A DNA stretch of 64,000 nucleotides from Nostoc sp. (GTDB lineage: Bacteria; Cyanobacteriota; Cyanobacteriia; Cyanobacteriales; Nostocaceae): contig JBALDB010000048.1 in the NCBI GenBank assembly GCA_036918135.1, forward strand, positions 1-64,000. The letters run 5' to 3'. Under the pieces are notes generated by a model. The model was not told the origin of the DNA, made no database searches, and was given only the letters and a program-made list of their open reading frames with translations. Positions 42,280 through 52,412 of the stretch are shown here, in pieces. The number at the start of each line of letters is the position of its first letter. The first letter of the stretch is position 1. The translations under genes were made by a program, and so were the position numbers.

Positions 42280-43509
42280 CTATCCTGATTTATGATCTAA
42301 ACGAGTCGCTTGCTCAAGGGCGGCTTTTTCTTTGGCTCGGCGGGCATAGGGTTGTAGTTGGACGCGATCGCAACCTGTGAAAATACTCAGGTTTTCTAAA
42401 CTAATTCCCCGCATTAACATTTCGACTCGCCAGGTTTGTTGTGCTTGGGCGATGGCTGGCGGTTGTCCTTGGGGAGTTAATAATCCCTGACTCCATACTA
42501 GCCAACGTGTCTGAAGCTCTGATTCACAAATTGGTTTGCCTGTTTCATTGAGAAACATGGCTGTTTGATTATCTTTACGGCTTTTGAGCCATTTAATTAG
42601 AGGATTATTAGTATAAGAACCGTAGCGTTTACCCAAAATCCACTGATTTACAGGTACTTGCCGCACAGAGCCGGGAATTGTGATTTGCAGGAAGTGCCCT
42701 TGAGTATCGTAGATTTGGTGCGATCGCTCTAAGCTAATTATTTCTGTGGTGGATAATCCAGCGCCGAATAACACATAAGCTAAGGCATAATCTCGGACTC
42801 CGGATTTCTTAGCTTGTTGAACAATTGCATGAACTAAATTAGCAGGCAAATCAGCTATTTCTGCGATCATCGCGCTTCCTTGTAAGGAGTTGCTTGCTGA
42901 TTCTGCTGAGAATGACATAGCTCCATGTAAAAATAACTCTACCAAATTCTCTAGAAAATCATCCCGATCTTCCCAAAGTTCATGAAATTCACTAGTAAAT
43001 TCAATTACGGCATATCCCAAAATCATCCCATTGAGCAAACTGGCTAATTTCTCTGCAGGTAGATAGGTATTTAAGTGTCCTTGCTGGATGATAGTAGCTA
43101 AATACTGTGCCACATAACGGTTTGCCTCTGTTACTCCCCTACCTAAGGCGCGGCGATTTTCCGCTGGGAATTGGTCGGCTTCCCCTACTACAGAACGAAC
43201 AAATTCTGGCACTCGTTCTAAAGCATGTAAGCTGTCACTTGCATAATCTTTCAGAGCTTGGTAGACATTACCAGGAGGAGTTGCCCGCCGCACCAGCGAC
43301 TCACCTAGATTTTTGAAGGCTGCGGACTCTTCCAACACAGCCAAAAGCAGTCCGTGCTTATTGCCAAAATTCCGGAATAAGGTCACTTCGTTGACTTCGG
43401 CTTTTTCAGCTATTTGACGAGTTGTGGTAGCGCTGACTCCCTGAGCAGTAAATAATTCAAGTGCTGCTTGAATCAAGCGTTGACGAGTTGAAATGGGTTG
43501 AGAAGACAT
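42280..43509 (-). CDS. TetR-family regulator with C-terminal tyrosine-recombinase-like domain
   Basis: TRQRLIQAALELF...TTTRQIAEKAEVNEVTLFRNFGNK HTH; C-terminal RDYALAYVLFGAGLSTTEIISL and LMRGISLENL..FTG...PY; likely start ATG 43509. Confidence 0.88.
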   Translation of the reverse strand: MSSQPISTRQRLIQAALELFTAQGVSATTTRQIAEKAEVNEVTLFRNFGNKHGLLLAVLEESAAFKNLGESLVRRATPPGNVYQALKDYASDSLHALERVPEFVRSVVGEADQFPAENRRALGRGVTEANRYVAQYLATIIQQGHLNTYLPAEKLASLLNGMILGYAVIEFTSEFHELWEDRDDFLENLVELFLHGAMSFSAESASNSLQGSAMIAEIADLPANLVHAIVQQAKKSGVRDYALAYVLFGAGLSTTEIISLERSHQIYDTQGHFLQITIPGSVRQVPVNQWILGKRYGSYTNNPLIKWLKSRKDNQTAMFLNETGKPICESELQTRWLVWSQGLLTPQGQPPAIAQAQQTWRVEMLMRGISLENLSIFTGCDRVQLQPYARRAKEKAALEQATRLDHKSG

Positions 43510-43516
43510 AGAAAAA

Positions 43517-43579
43517 TGCAAGTGGTACTTGCACGAAAATCAGAGTATTGCTAGGATTAAAATGTAAGCGATACTTGCT
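43517..43579. promoter_or_regulatory. Two palindromic operators overlapping the predicted desC promoter
   Basis: TGCAAGT-GGT-ACTTGCA (43517-33) and TGTAAGC-GAT-ACTTGCT (43563-79); TTGCAC-N17-TAGGAT at 43529-43557. Confidence 0.7.
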
Positions 43580-43723
43580 TGACTCTACCCTACGGATTTG
43601 CCAGTTGCTAATGGGGGAAACCCCCAAGATCGTACTGGCTTACTGTAGGAACTGGCGTACAGATTGGGAAAATCCCTTGGGAGAAAAGGCAAATCGCTGG
43701 ATTGTCCATCAACAGGAATTTTT

Positions 43724-44593
43724 ATGACCGCAAATATTGGAGCGCTCGGCAAAGGCATCATCCCTGAGAAAGGAAATTTACCCCAACTGAGTTGGAGTAA
43801 TGTAGTATTTTTTACTACATTTCATGTATTAGCACTTCTAGCTCCTTGGTTTTTTTCTTGGTCAGCATTAGGTTTACTTGTATTTCTCCACTGGTTATTC
43901 GGAAGTATTGGTATTTGCCTGGGATATCATCGACTACTAAGCCATCGGAGTTTTCAAGTTCCCAAGTGGTTAGAGTATGCGATCGCCTTAATCGGAGCGC
44001 TGGCTTTGCAAGGGGGACCAATTTTTTGGGTGGGTGGACACCGCCAGCATCACGCCCATACCGAAGATATCGATTTAGACCCCTACTCTGCTCAACGAGG
44101 ATTTTGGTGGAGTCATATGCTGTGGATTTTCTACCCGCGTCCAAAGTTTTTTGACTACGAAACCTATCAAAAGTATGCCCCAGATCTAGCAAAACAACCC
44201 TTCTATCGCTGGTTAGATCGTTACTTCTTACTATTACAAATTCCCTTCGGGCTACTGCTGTATGCCTTAGGAGGATGGTCATTTGTCATCTACGGAATGT
44301 TTGTTAGATGCGTCTTGCTTTGGCACTCAACCTGGTTTGTGAACTCTGCATCACACCTGTGGGGTTATCGCACCTTTGATGCCAATGATGGCGCTCGTAA
44401 TTTATGGTGGGTATCCCTGGTAACCTATGGAGAAGGATGGCACAACAACCATCATACTTATCCCCACATGGCCAAATCTGGCTTATCTTGGTGGGAAATT
44501 GATATTACTTGGTGGAGTATCCAAGTTTTGCAGACTTTAGGTTTAGCTAAAAAAGTTGTCTCCCGTCCTCCTCAAAGTGCAACTCGTGGCTAA
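43724..44593 (+). CDS. desC: Delta-9 acyl-lipid desaturase
   Basis: His boxes HRLLSH, HRQHH, HNNHH; NSASH; likely start ATG 43724. Confidence 0.92.
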   Translation: MTANIGALGKGIIPEKGNLPQLSWSNVVFFTTFHVLALLAPWFFSWSALGLLVFLHWLFGSIGICLGYHRLLSHRSFQVPKWLEYAIALIGALALQGGPIFWVGGHRQHHAHTEDIDLDPYSAQRGFWWSHMLWIFYPRPKFFDYETYQKYAPDLAKQPFYRWLDRYFLLLQIPFGLLLYALGGWSFVIYGMFVRCVLLWHSTWFVNSASHLWGYRTFDANDGARNLWWVSLVTYGEGWHNNHHTYPHMAKSGLSWWEIDITWWSIQVLQTLGLAKKVVSRPPQSATRG

Positions 44594-44709
44594 ATTGCGA
44601 TCGCCCTTTGTCATTGGTCATTAGTCATTTGTATTTGCAAAGGACAAACGACTAATGACATATTTCACGATAAAATTGCAACGAGGCAAATCTCAGCATT
44701 ACATCAAGC

Positions 44710-45498
44710 GTGAAAACTGACAGCATTTTTTATCGCCTTTTTCAAGAATTTCCTAGCATCTTTTTTGAATTAATTGGCAACTCGCCCCAAACCGCAGAAG
44801 GTTATAAATTCTCTTCACTTGAAATCAAACAAACTGCATTCCGCATAGATGGTGTTTTTCTGCCAACACAAGGGGAAGAAAATCCGATTTACTTTGTAGA
44901 AGTCCAATTTCAAACCGATACAGAAATTTATTCGCGGCTAATTTCAGAAATTTGTTTATACTTACGTCAAAATCAACCTAAAAATTCTTGGCGAGGAGTA
45001 GTTATTTATCCCAATCGGAGTTTAGATACAGCGGACATTAAGAATTACAGTGAATTTTTTACTAGCCAGCGCATCAGTCGTATTTATCTTAATGAATTAG
45101 GTGAAACTGCATCATTGCCAGTTAGGATTGCTACTATGAAATTAGTAGTTGATGATGAGGATACAGCAATTATATCCGCCAGACAGTTAATAAATAGAAC
45201 CTAGTAAGAAATAAATATTGAACAACAGCGACGGCAGTTATTAGAATTAATAGAGACAATTTTGGTTTATAAATTTCCAATTATGAGTCGAGAGGAGATT
45301 GAAGGAATGTTTGGGTTAAGTGATTTGAAACAAACCCGAGTTTATCAAGAAGGCAAGCAAGAAGGAGCGCGTGAAGAAAAGTTGAGAATGATTCCTTTAT
45401 TATTGAGATTGGGATTGAGTTTTGAAGAAACAGCGAAAGAGTTAGGTTTAAGTTTAGAAGAGGTACTGCAAGAAAGGCAAAAACAGCCTCCAAGTTAA
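44710..45498 (+). pseudogene. Rpn-family (DUF2887) PD-(D/E)xK nuclease interrupted by in-frame TAG TAA
   Basis: MKTDSIFYRLF...RIDGVF...FVEVQFQ; the same frame continues after 45202-45207 as EINIEQQRRQLLELIETILVYKFP. Confidence 0.85.
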
Positions 45499-45621
45499 GA
45501 TGCCTAAACAAAATTAATCAGTAAACAAGAGATTGAGAGTATGTAATTAACAGTATAAGTAAATAGCGTGAAATGTCCTGATAATTTTCGGTTTAGACAA
45601 TTTTGAACTTTAATTTATTAT

Positions 45622-46677
45622 ATGATTTTCCTGTCTCCCACTCTTCAAGCTAGACTTTCGCAACCTTTAAAAATTGGCTCCTTCGAGGTCAAAAGTCGGG
45701 TTCTACAATCGCCTTTGTCTGGGGTAACAGATTTGGTATTTCGCCGCTTGGTGCGTCGCTATGCACCCGATTCTATGATGTATACCGAAATGGTAAATGC
45801 TACCGGGTTGCATTATGTTAAACAGTTACCCAAAATTATGGAGGTAGACCCCAACGAACGCCCAATTAGCATTCAACTATTTGATTGTCGTCCAGATTTC
45901 CTGGCAGAAGCAGCAGTCAAGGCAGTTGCAGAAGGTGCTGATACTGTTGATATTAATATGGGTTGTCCGGTAAATAAAATTACTAAAAATGGCGGCGGTT
46001 CTTCTCTGTTGCGGCAACCGGAAGTAGCCGAAGCAATTGTGCGAGAAGTGGTGAAAGCTGTTGATGTACCTGTGACAGTAAAAACCCGTATTGGTTGGAA
46101 TGACAAAGAAATTACGATTCTCGAATTTGCCAAGCGGATGGAAGATGCAGGGGCAAAAATGATTACAGTACACGGGCGTACCCGCGCTCAAGGATACAAT
46201 GGCAATGCCCGTTGGGAATGGATTGCGCGTGTTAAAAAAATACTTTCTATTCCAGTGATTGCGAATGGAGATATTTTTTCGATTGCAGCAGCAGTGAAAT
46301 GTTTAGAAGAAACTGGTGCTGATGGTGTGATGTGTTCCCGTGGGACTTTGGGTTATCCGTTTTTAGTCGGAGAAATCGATCGCTTCTTAAAAACTGGAGA
46401 AATATTACCACCACCAACTCCAATTGAACGCTTGGAATGTGCCAGAGATCATTTACAAGCCTTGTGGGAATATAAAGGCGATCGCGGTGTTCGTCAAGCC
46501 CGCAAACACATGACTTGGTATGCTAAAGGTTTTGTCGGCGCTGCGGAATTACGAGGACAATTAAGTGTAATTGAAACCGTAGATCGGGGTATAGAAATGA
46601 TTGACCAAGCAATTACCAAACTCGCTAATGGTTATGAATTAGAAGAAGAATCGCAAGATAATTTAGTAATGATTTAA
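45622..46677 (+). CDS. dusB: tRNA-dihydrouridine synthase B
   Basis: PLSGVTD, DINMGCPV, VTVKTRIGW, VHGRT, ANGDI, ARKHMTWY. Confidence 0.93.
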   Translation: MIFLSPTLQARLSQPLKIGSFEVKSRVLQSPLSGVTDLVFRRLVRRYAPDSMMYTEMVNATGLHYVKQLPKIMEVDPNERPISIQLFDCRPDFLAEAAVKAVAEGADTVDINMGCPVNKITKNGGGSSLLRQPEVAEAIVREVVKAVDVPVTVKTRIGWNDKEITILEFAKRMEDAGAKMITVHGRTRAQGYNGNARWEWIARVKKILSIPVIANGDIFSIAAAVKCLEETGADGVMCSRGTLGYPFLVGEIDRFLKTGEILPPPTPIERLECARDHLQALWEYKGDRGVRQARKHMTWYAKGFVGAAELRGQLSVIETVDRGIEMIDQAITKLANGYELEEESQDNLVMI

Positions 46678-46726
46678 AAAATACTCCATACATTGTATAT
46701 TTAACTAATCAAAGTGGAGGCTTGCA

Positions 46727-47281
46727 ATGTTGGTTTCCAAACATGAAGAAATTGTATCGATTCCCGAAATCTATTCTTTAGAAGATTTCATCACAAATCC
46801 TCCAGATGGGATGGAGTGGGTAGATGGACAACTAGTAGAAAAAACAGGGATGACATTAAGACATAGTGAAATTGAATTGAGTCTTGGTTTTTACTGGAGA
46901 AGTTATATTAACTCCAATCAATTGGGCGGCAAAGTTTATACTGAAGTGCCTTGTCGCACATACAAACAAGGCCGTCGTCCTGATGTGGCTTATCTGACAC
47001 CAGATTTAGTATCTCAATTTGGTAATGTTCCGACATTGCCACAAAGTTTTCCACTAATTGCAGAAATAGCTTCACCTACCGATTTAGCTGAAGAATTATT
47101 TTTAAAAGCCCAGGAGTATTTGCGGTCTGGTTGTGAGGAAATTTGGCTAGTATTTCCTGAGACTCATTTAGTTTTGGTCATGACTGATAATCAAGTTTTG
47201 GGTTTCAAAGCTGGTGATGTAATCCGCACCCAAAAAGTATTATTGGGTTTTAGTGTAGCTGTAGATAAATTATTAGCTTGA
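46727..47281 (+). CDS. Uma2-family endonuclease
   Basis: EWVDGQL, RRPDVAY, PLIAEIASP, K.QEYL.SG..EIWLVFP. Confidence 0.9.
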   Translation: MLVSKHEEIVSIPEIYSLEDFITNPPDGMEWVDGQLVEKTGMTLRHSEIELSLGFYWRSYINSNQLGGKVYTEVPCRTYKQGRRPDVAYLTPDLVSQFGNVPTLPQSFPLIAEIASPTDLAEELFLKAQEYLRSGCEEIWLVFPETHLVLVMTDNQVLGFKAGDVIRTQKVLLGFSVAVDKLLA

Positions 47282-47293
47282 AAAAGAAAATTT

Positions 47294-47878
47294 TTATTCT
47301 CTGTAACTACCGCCAGTTATCTTACCTCGAAAAACAATGTATTGGTAAAGGTTATAAAACAGCATTATGGGAATGAGAAAGCCGATAAAAATAATCATAA
47401 TTACCAACGAACTGGGGTCGGCTGTTGCTTCATAGATAGTAATTTTATTAGGAATAATATACGGGAAAATAGTTAATCCCAAGCCGATGAACGACAACAC
47501 AAATAGCAGAATTGTCCAAACAAAAGGCGCTCTTTCTTCTTTGCGTTCGAGACTTTTCAAAAGTTGCCAAATTAACCAAACTCCCAACAAGGGAATGACT
47601 GCAAAGATATAAACTAAAGGTTTCTCAAACAACCGTAACCGAGCATTTTCATAAATTATTGGTGTTGTAATTGTAATGAAAATTGCACCAATTAAAGTTG
47701 TCACAGCAGAAATATTGGCAGTTTTATAGTGAGTTTCTTGCAATTCTCCTGTAGTTTTCCAAATCAGATAAGTCGAACCAATTAACACATATCCTTGAAT
47801 TAAAGTTAAAGCTACCAGCACCGATGGAATATTTAGTCAGTCCCAAGTTTTACCAATAAAGTGTCCCGTATCATTGAC
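47294..47878 (-). pseudogene. cydB: 3' remnant of cytochrome bd oxidase subunit II
   Basis: VNDTGHFIGKTWD*LNIPSVLVALTLIQGYVLIGSTYL...YQYIVFRGK; 5' part missing, TGA in place of Trp. Confidence 0.85.
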
Positions 47879-48051
47879 CAAAAGCGGGCATGGAGGTAGT
47901 AATCTGGATTACGAGTCTTTAGCCATACTCCTTCGACGATAACTAGATAAATTCCCATCCCTGTAGTCAAGACAGGCCAAAGCATATGGAATATTGCAGT
48001 CAGCGCAAATTGCATCCGTGATAGCACCACGGAATCCGATAAAAATTCCAT
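47875..48051 (-). pseudogene. cydA: 5' remnant of cytochrome bd oxidase subunit I
   Basis: LSRMQFALTAIFHMLWPVLTTG...ARFWS then abrupt switch to cydB sequence. Confidence 0.88.
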
Positions 48052-48683
48052 GAATATTCTCCATTAGCTAGTCCCCCTCTTAGGATAGACGTTGTGGGAC
48101 TGTTAACAATGCACCTAAAGTTTAGACTTGTGTAGGTTTAGGCAAGATTGAATGAAAGTATTTCTTACCTGTGATAACCAATGAAGCTATAGAATTGAAA
48201 AAACAGTATTATTTATTTGCCAACTCACTACAGAATTTTTTGAATGTCACGAATCAACTGGTCTTGGCTTTCTTGTTACTAATAATTATAAAAATTTATC
48301 TTTAAATCAGATAATTAGACTAAAAATTTGAATATTTTTATAGGCTCAAATGGTTCAGATAAAAGCAATTTTATAAATTGGTTGAAATTTTTAAAAGATA
48401 GTCTAATTAAAATTTATGATGAAAGTCACATAAAATAGTATTGACACTAGATGCAAATTCCTGAAACTCAGTCTCCATAAGGTGCGCGGATGGTTTACAA
48501 GTCCTATAGTTCTCAAAACTTTGTACACATTAAAATGCAGCGATTTTTTGTTTATTTTGATTTTCTACAGCTACCCATCCGCACATATGGCAACGAAATT
48601 AGCCTAATTGCTCACAAATACCACCATTAAGATAAGCGATCGCCTACCACTTGCACAGCTTCTAACCCTTGCCTGTGCAATGT

Positions 48684-49775
48684 CTAACTTACCAAATCAG
48701 GAAATACTTCTTGCACGGCTGGATGCACTAATTTATGATTGTACACATTTAGACCTTTAGCTAAGGCTGGGTTAACTTCCAATGCCTTAATTCCTAAATT
48801 CGCTAACTGCACAACATAAGGTAATGTACTATTGTTGAGTGCTTGAGTTGCTGTCCAAGGTACCGCCCCTGGCATATTGGGAACGCCGTAATGCACCACA
48901 CCTTCTTCAATGTATACCGGATTTGTGTGAGATGTCGTATGTAAGGTTTCCACACAACCGCCTTGGTCAACAGCAACATCAACTATTACCGAGCCAGGGT
49001 GCATTTGTTTGACTAATTCACGGGATACTAAGGTTGGTGCCCTACGTCCCAGTACTAAAACTGCACCGATGAGTAAGTCGGCTTGTTTGACGGCGGCTTC
49101 AATATGAGCGGAGTTGCTGTAAAGTAATTCGACTCTAGAGCCAAATAAGGTTTCTAAGTAAGATAATCGCTCGACACTCACATCTAAAATTTGGACGCTA
49201 GCACCCATGCCCACAGCAATTTTAGCTGCTTCTGTGCCGACAACTCCGCCACCGAGAATTACTACTTTACCTGGTTTGACTCCAGGTACACCACCCAAAA
49301 GCACACCTCTACCACCTTGCTGACGTTCTAGAAATCTCGCCCCAAATTGTACTGCTAGCCGACCGGCAATAACGCTCATGGGGGTGAGCAGAGGTAGTCT
49401 GTTAGCGCCTGGTTGTTCTACAGTTTCGTAGGCGATCGCACAAGTGCCACAATCAATTAAATGCTCTGTTAATTTGCGATCGGCTGCTAAATGTAAATAA
49501 GTAAATAATATTTGCCCTTTCTGCAAAAAATTATACTCTGATTTCAATGGCTCTTTGACTTTAACAACCAATTCCCGATTCCAAGTCGCTTCTGCTGTAG
49601 GGACAATCTCTGCTCCAGCGCTCTTGTAATCGTCATCTGTAAATCCAGCGCCATTACCTGCTTGTGTCTGGACAAAGATGCTGTGACCATTTTCCCGCAG
49701 CACCCGCACACTAGAAGGACTTAAACCTACGCGAAACTCTTGATCCTTATTTTCCTTGGGAACGCCGATTTCCAT
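48684..49775 (-). CDS. ald: Alanine dehydrogenase
   Basis: IGVPKE.K.QEFRV, VKVKEP, YLHLA, GGGVVG, DVAVDQGG, VPNMPGAVP. Confidence 0.97.
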   Translation of the reverse strand: MEIGVPKENKDQEFRVGLSPSSVRVLRENGHSIFVQTQAGNGAGFTDDDYKSAGAEIVPTAEATWNRELVVKVKEPLKSEYNFLQKGQILFTYLHLAADRKLTEHLIDCGTCAIAYETVEQPGANRLPLLTPMSVIAGRLAVQFGARFLERQQGGRGVLLGGVPGVKPGKVVILGGGVVGTEAAKIAVGMGASVQILDVSVERLSYLETLFGSRVELLYSNSAHIEAAVKQADLLIGAVLVLGRRAPTLVSRELVKQMHPGSVIVDVAVDQGGCVETLHTTSHTNPVYIEEGVVHYGVPNMPGAVPWTATQALNNSTLPYVVQLANLGIKALEVNPALAKGLNVYNHKLVHPAVQEVFPDLVS

Positions 49776-49934
49776 GTACCGCCTCTGATAATTTTTTTGT
49801 TTAACTGTATCCTGCTAATCTCAAGCTTGCTACTTCCGTCTTGCTACTTCCGTATTACAGATAGCTGTATTAGAGATAGCTCATCTCTGTTCTAAGTTTC
49901 TCAATTTAATCTGAGTAGCTGCAAACTCTTACTC

Positions 49935-49962
49935 TTGACTATTGCCCCAGTATTTCTACAAT
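49935..49962 (+). promoter_or_regulatory. Sigma70-type promoter upstream of hli
   Basis: TTGACT-N16-TACAAT. Confidence 0.5.
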
Positions 49963-50294
49963 ATATAAAGAATAATAACAATTTATTAAAAGAGTGGTTG
50001 TATAGCTCCCTTCTAGGAAGATTTGGCTGAATTTCAAGAAGTCATCTTGGCATTCAAGCACTGCAATCAGCTCGTCAGCTACCAAAAGAGGCTAAAGGTT
50101 AAGGAAAGAAAAAGAAGTTAATACCTTTAACTTTTGAGATCGAGTCTGGCTAATCGCTTATCATTAGCATCTTTGTGCATCAGAGCATCGCTCTTAATGG
50201 TAAGTCTTCAACCAGACACGACATTACCCCTTGCCCAACCAATACCACAAAGTCTAATATCAAGTTCCGTCTGCCAAAAAGAGGTTTCTCAAAA

Positions 50295-50465
50295 ATGACA
50301 CAACCACAACCAACAGTTACACCTAAACTAGACGAGCCTAAGTTTGGCTTTAACGAATATGCTGAGCGGTTAAATGGTCGAGCCGCAATGATTGGCTTTG
50401 CTTTGATGCTGGTGATTGAATACGTCACCAATCAAGGAGTGCTATCATGGCTGGGTCTGAAGTAG
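50295..50465 (+). CDS. hli: High-light-inducible protein
   Basis: FGFNEYAERLNGRAAMIG LHC motif; start ATG 50295. Confidence 0.95.
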   Translation: MTQPQPTVTPKLDEPKFGFNEYAERLNGRAAMIGFALMLVIEYVTNQGVLSWLGLK

Positions 50466-50829
50466 TGCCACGAACAAGCACATAAATTGTAAGCTAGTAT
50501 TTAGAAGAGTTTTAACCAGCTGGAACAACCAGTTGGTTTTGACTTTAATAATTGATAGCCAAGTACCTCGCACTCAAAACTTTAACTTAAATTTATTTGT
50601 AAATTGTTGCCGTAGAATGTAACCAACAGAGGAATAAAAATATCTATAAGCGCTCAAAATATCCGAAACTTGTAACTAGCAGATGTAAGAAGGTTAATAA
50701 CTACACTTCCTCCCCTATTAAAGAAAGTCATAATTAAATTACTTTATGCCTTAGATGAAAAAGGCAAAATATGGGTGAAGTATTCTTGGTCATAATATCC
50801 ACAAAAGGTGAACTGGAACTAATCAAGCT

Positions 50830-51126
50830 GTGATGAATGCTGTATTACCTCGTTTTTTAAAGTCAACCTACCGAAAAGAACCACTGATCGCTATATTGAT
50901 TACGATGGGTCTGGTAGATGCCCTAATTGGCGGATTGGATGATAGCTGGTCGTTGTTCGCTTTTGGTTTGGGAACGGCAGGGATAGCGCTAGGCTTTAAG
51001 TTATGGCGTATCCAGCAGCGTCGTCCCGTACCAGAGGAATCTATAGTACAACATTACTTGCCCTCTCGTTCTTCTAGTCCGTCTTTACCAATGCTAAGCG
51101 TTTCCAAGAAAAAACCACCTGTTTAG
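50830..51126 (+). CDS. Small hypothetical membrane protein
   Basis: Two TM segments, YRKEP motif. Confidence 0.75.
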   Translation: MMNAVLPRFLKSTYRKEPLIAILITMGLVDALIGGLDDSWSLFAFGLGTAGIALGFKLWRIQQRRPVPEESIVQHYLPSRSSSPSLPMLSVSKKKPPV

Positions 51127-51284
51127 AGAGTACTGAGTTAAAGGTTAGGAGTAGAGACGCGATTAATCTTTGTCTGTACAAGCGATTATTCGCGTCTGTA
51201 CAAGATTTATGAGTGATAAATTCATAACTCTGGAAAATTTGTTTGTATGTGCTTTTATAACTATTTAAAAAGTGAGGAAAAATA

Positions 51285-52349
51285 GTGAGGAGTGAGGGAA
51301 GAGGTGGGGGGAATTTTGGGCGTCCGTATATTATCCTGGCATTTATGGCAGCTGTTGCCCTTTCAGTAACTACTTGGGAAGGGTTTTATATTCATCAGGC
51401 TGATGCTGCTATTGAATTTACACCAAACTCTAATATCAATAACTTTGCGAATTTTCAACTACTTTACACCCTCATAGGACACACCGGAACGGTTAAATCT
51501 CTAGCCTTCACTCCAGATAGTAGAATTCTTGTCAGCGGAGGTGCAGAAAATGAGGGTGTAATTCGCCTTTGGAATGCAGCAAATGGTAAAAAGTTGGGAA
51601 ATATTACCAAAGCACACCAAACCGCTATCGAATCTTTAGTAATTTCGCCAGATGGTCAAACCCTGGTTAGTTGTAGTGATGACAACACAATTAACCTCTG
51701 GAACCTGAAAAATTTGAAATTTAGTCGCTCTTTTGTAGGACATACTAGTAACGTACTATCTTTAGCGGTATCTCCTGATAGTAAAGTTTTAATTAGTGGA
51801 GCTTTAGATGGAATTCGCTTATGGGATTTGCTACAGCAGCGTCCACTTGGTACTTTAGTACGCTTTAACAATCTGATTTATACGGTAGCTATTAGTCCTG
51901 ATGGACAAACCTTGGCTAGTGGCGACAATAAAGGTGTGATTAAGCTGTGGAATTTAAGTACTGGTAAATTAATCAGTGAGTCAGTAGCTCATACTAATGC
52001 TGTTACTGCTGTCACTTTTACACCAGACGGACAAAAATTAGTTAGTGCTAGCCGCGATCGCACGATTAAAGTGTGGAATGTTAATAGTGGAGAATTATTC
52101 CGCACCCTTACAGGACATAATAACTGGGTAAATGCGATCGCCATTAACCCAGACGGACAAACTCTTGCTAGTGCTGGCAGAGATGGCATTAAATTGTGGA
52201 ATATAACTACAGGTGAGTTAATAACTACATTAACTGGACATACAGATTGGGTAAGTGCGATCGCTTTTAGTCCAAATGGGCGAATATTAGCTAGTGGTGG
52301 ATTCGACCGACAAATCAAGATTTGGGGAATTCCAATCAAACGTAAGTGA
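51285..52349 (+). CDS. WD40 repeat protein with N-terminal signal/anchor
   Basis: About seven GH...SPDG..LASG...IKLW repeats. Confidence 0.92.
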   Translation: MRSEGRGGGNFGRPYIILAFMAAVALSVTTWEGFYIHQADAAIEFTPNSNINNFANFQLLYTLIGHTGTVKSLAFTPDSRILVSGGAENEGVIRLWNAANGKKLGNITKAHQTAIESLVISPDGQTLVSCSDDNTINLWNLKNLKFSRSFVGHTSNVLSLAVSPDSKVLISGALDGIRLWDLLQQRPLGTLVRFNNLIYTVAISPDGQTLASGDNKGVIKLWNLSTGKLISESVAHTNAVTAVTFTPDGQKLVSASRDRTIKVWNVNSGELFRTLTGHNNWVNAIAINPDGQTLASAGRDGIKLWNITTGELITTLTGHTDWVSAIAFSPNGRILASGGFDRQIKIWGIPIKRK

Positions 52350-52412
52350 AAGCTGATTTAGCTTGAATATCAAAGTCTTTTGAGTTCTAGATTCTGAATT
52401 TTTATAATTCAA

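Noticed and set aside
42280..42830. Active integrase marking a prophage or excision element
   Set aside because: Catalytic Arg/His residues missing; no att sites or interrupted gene
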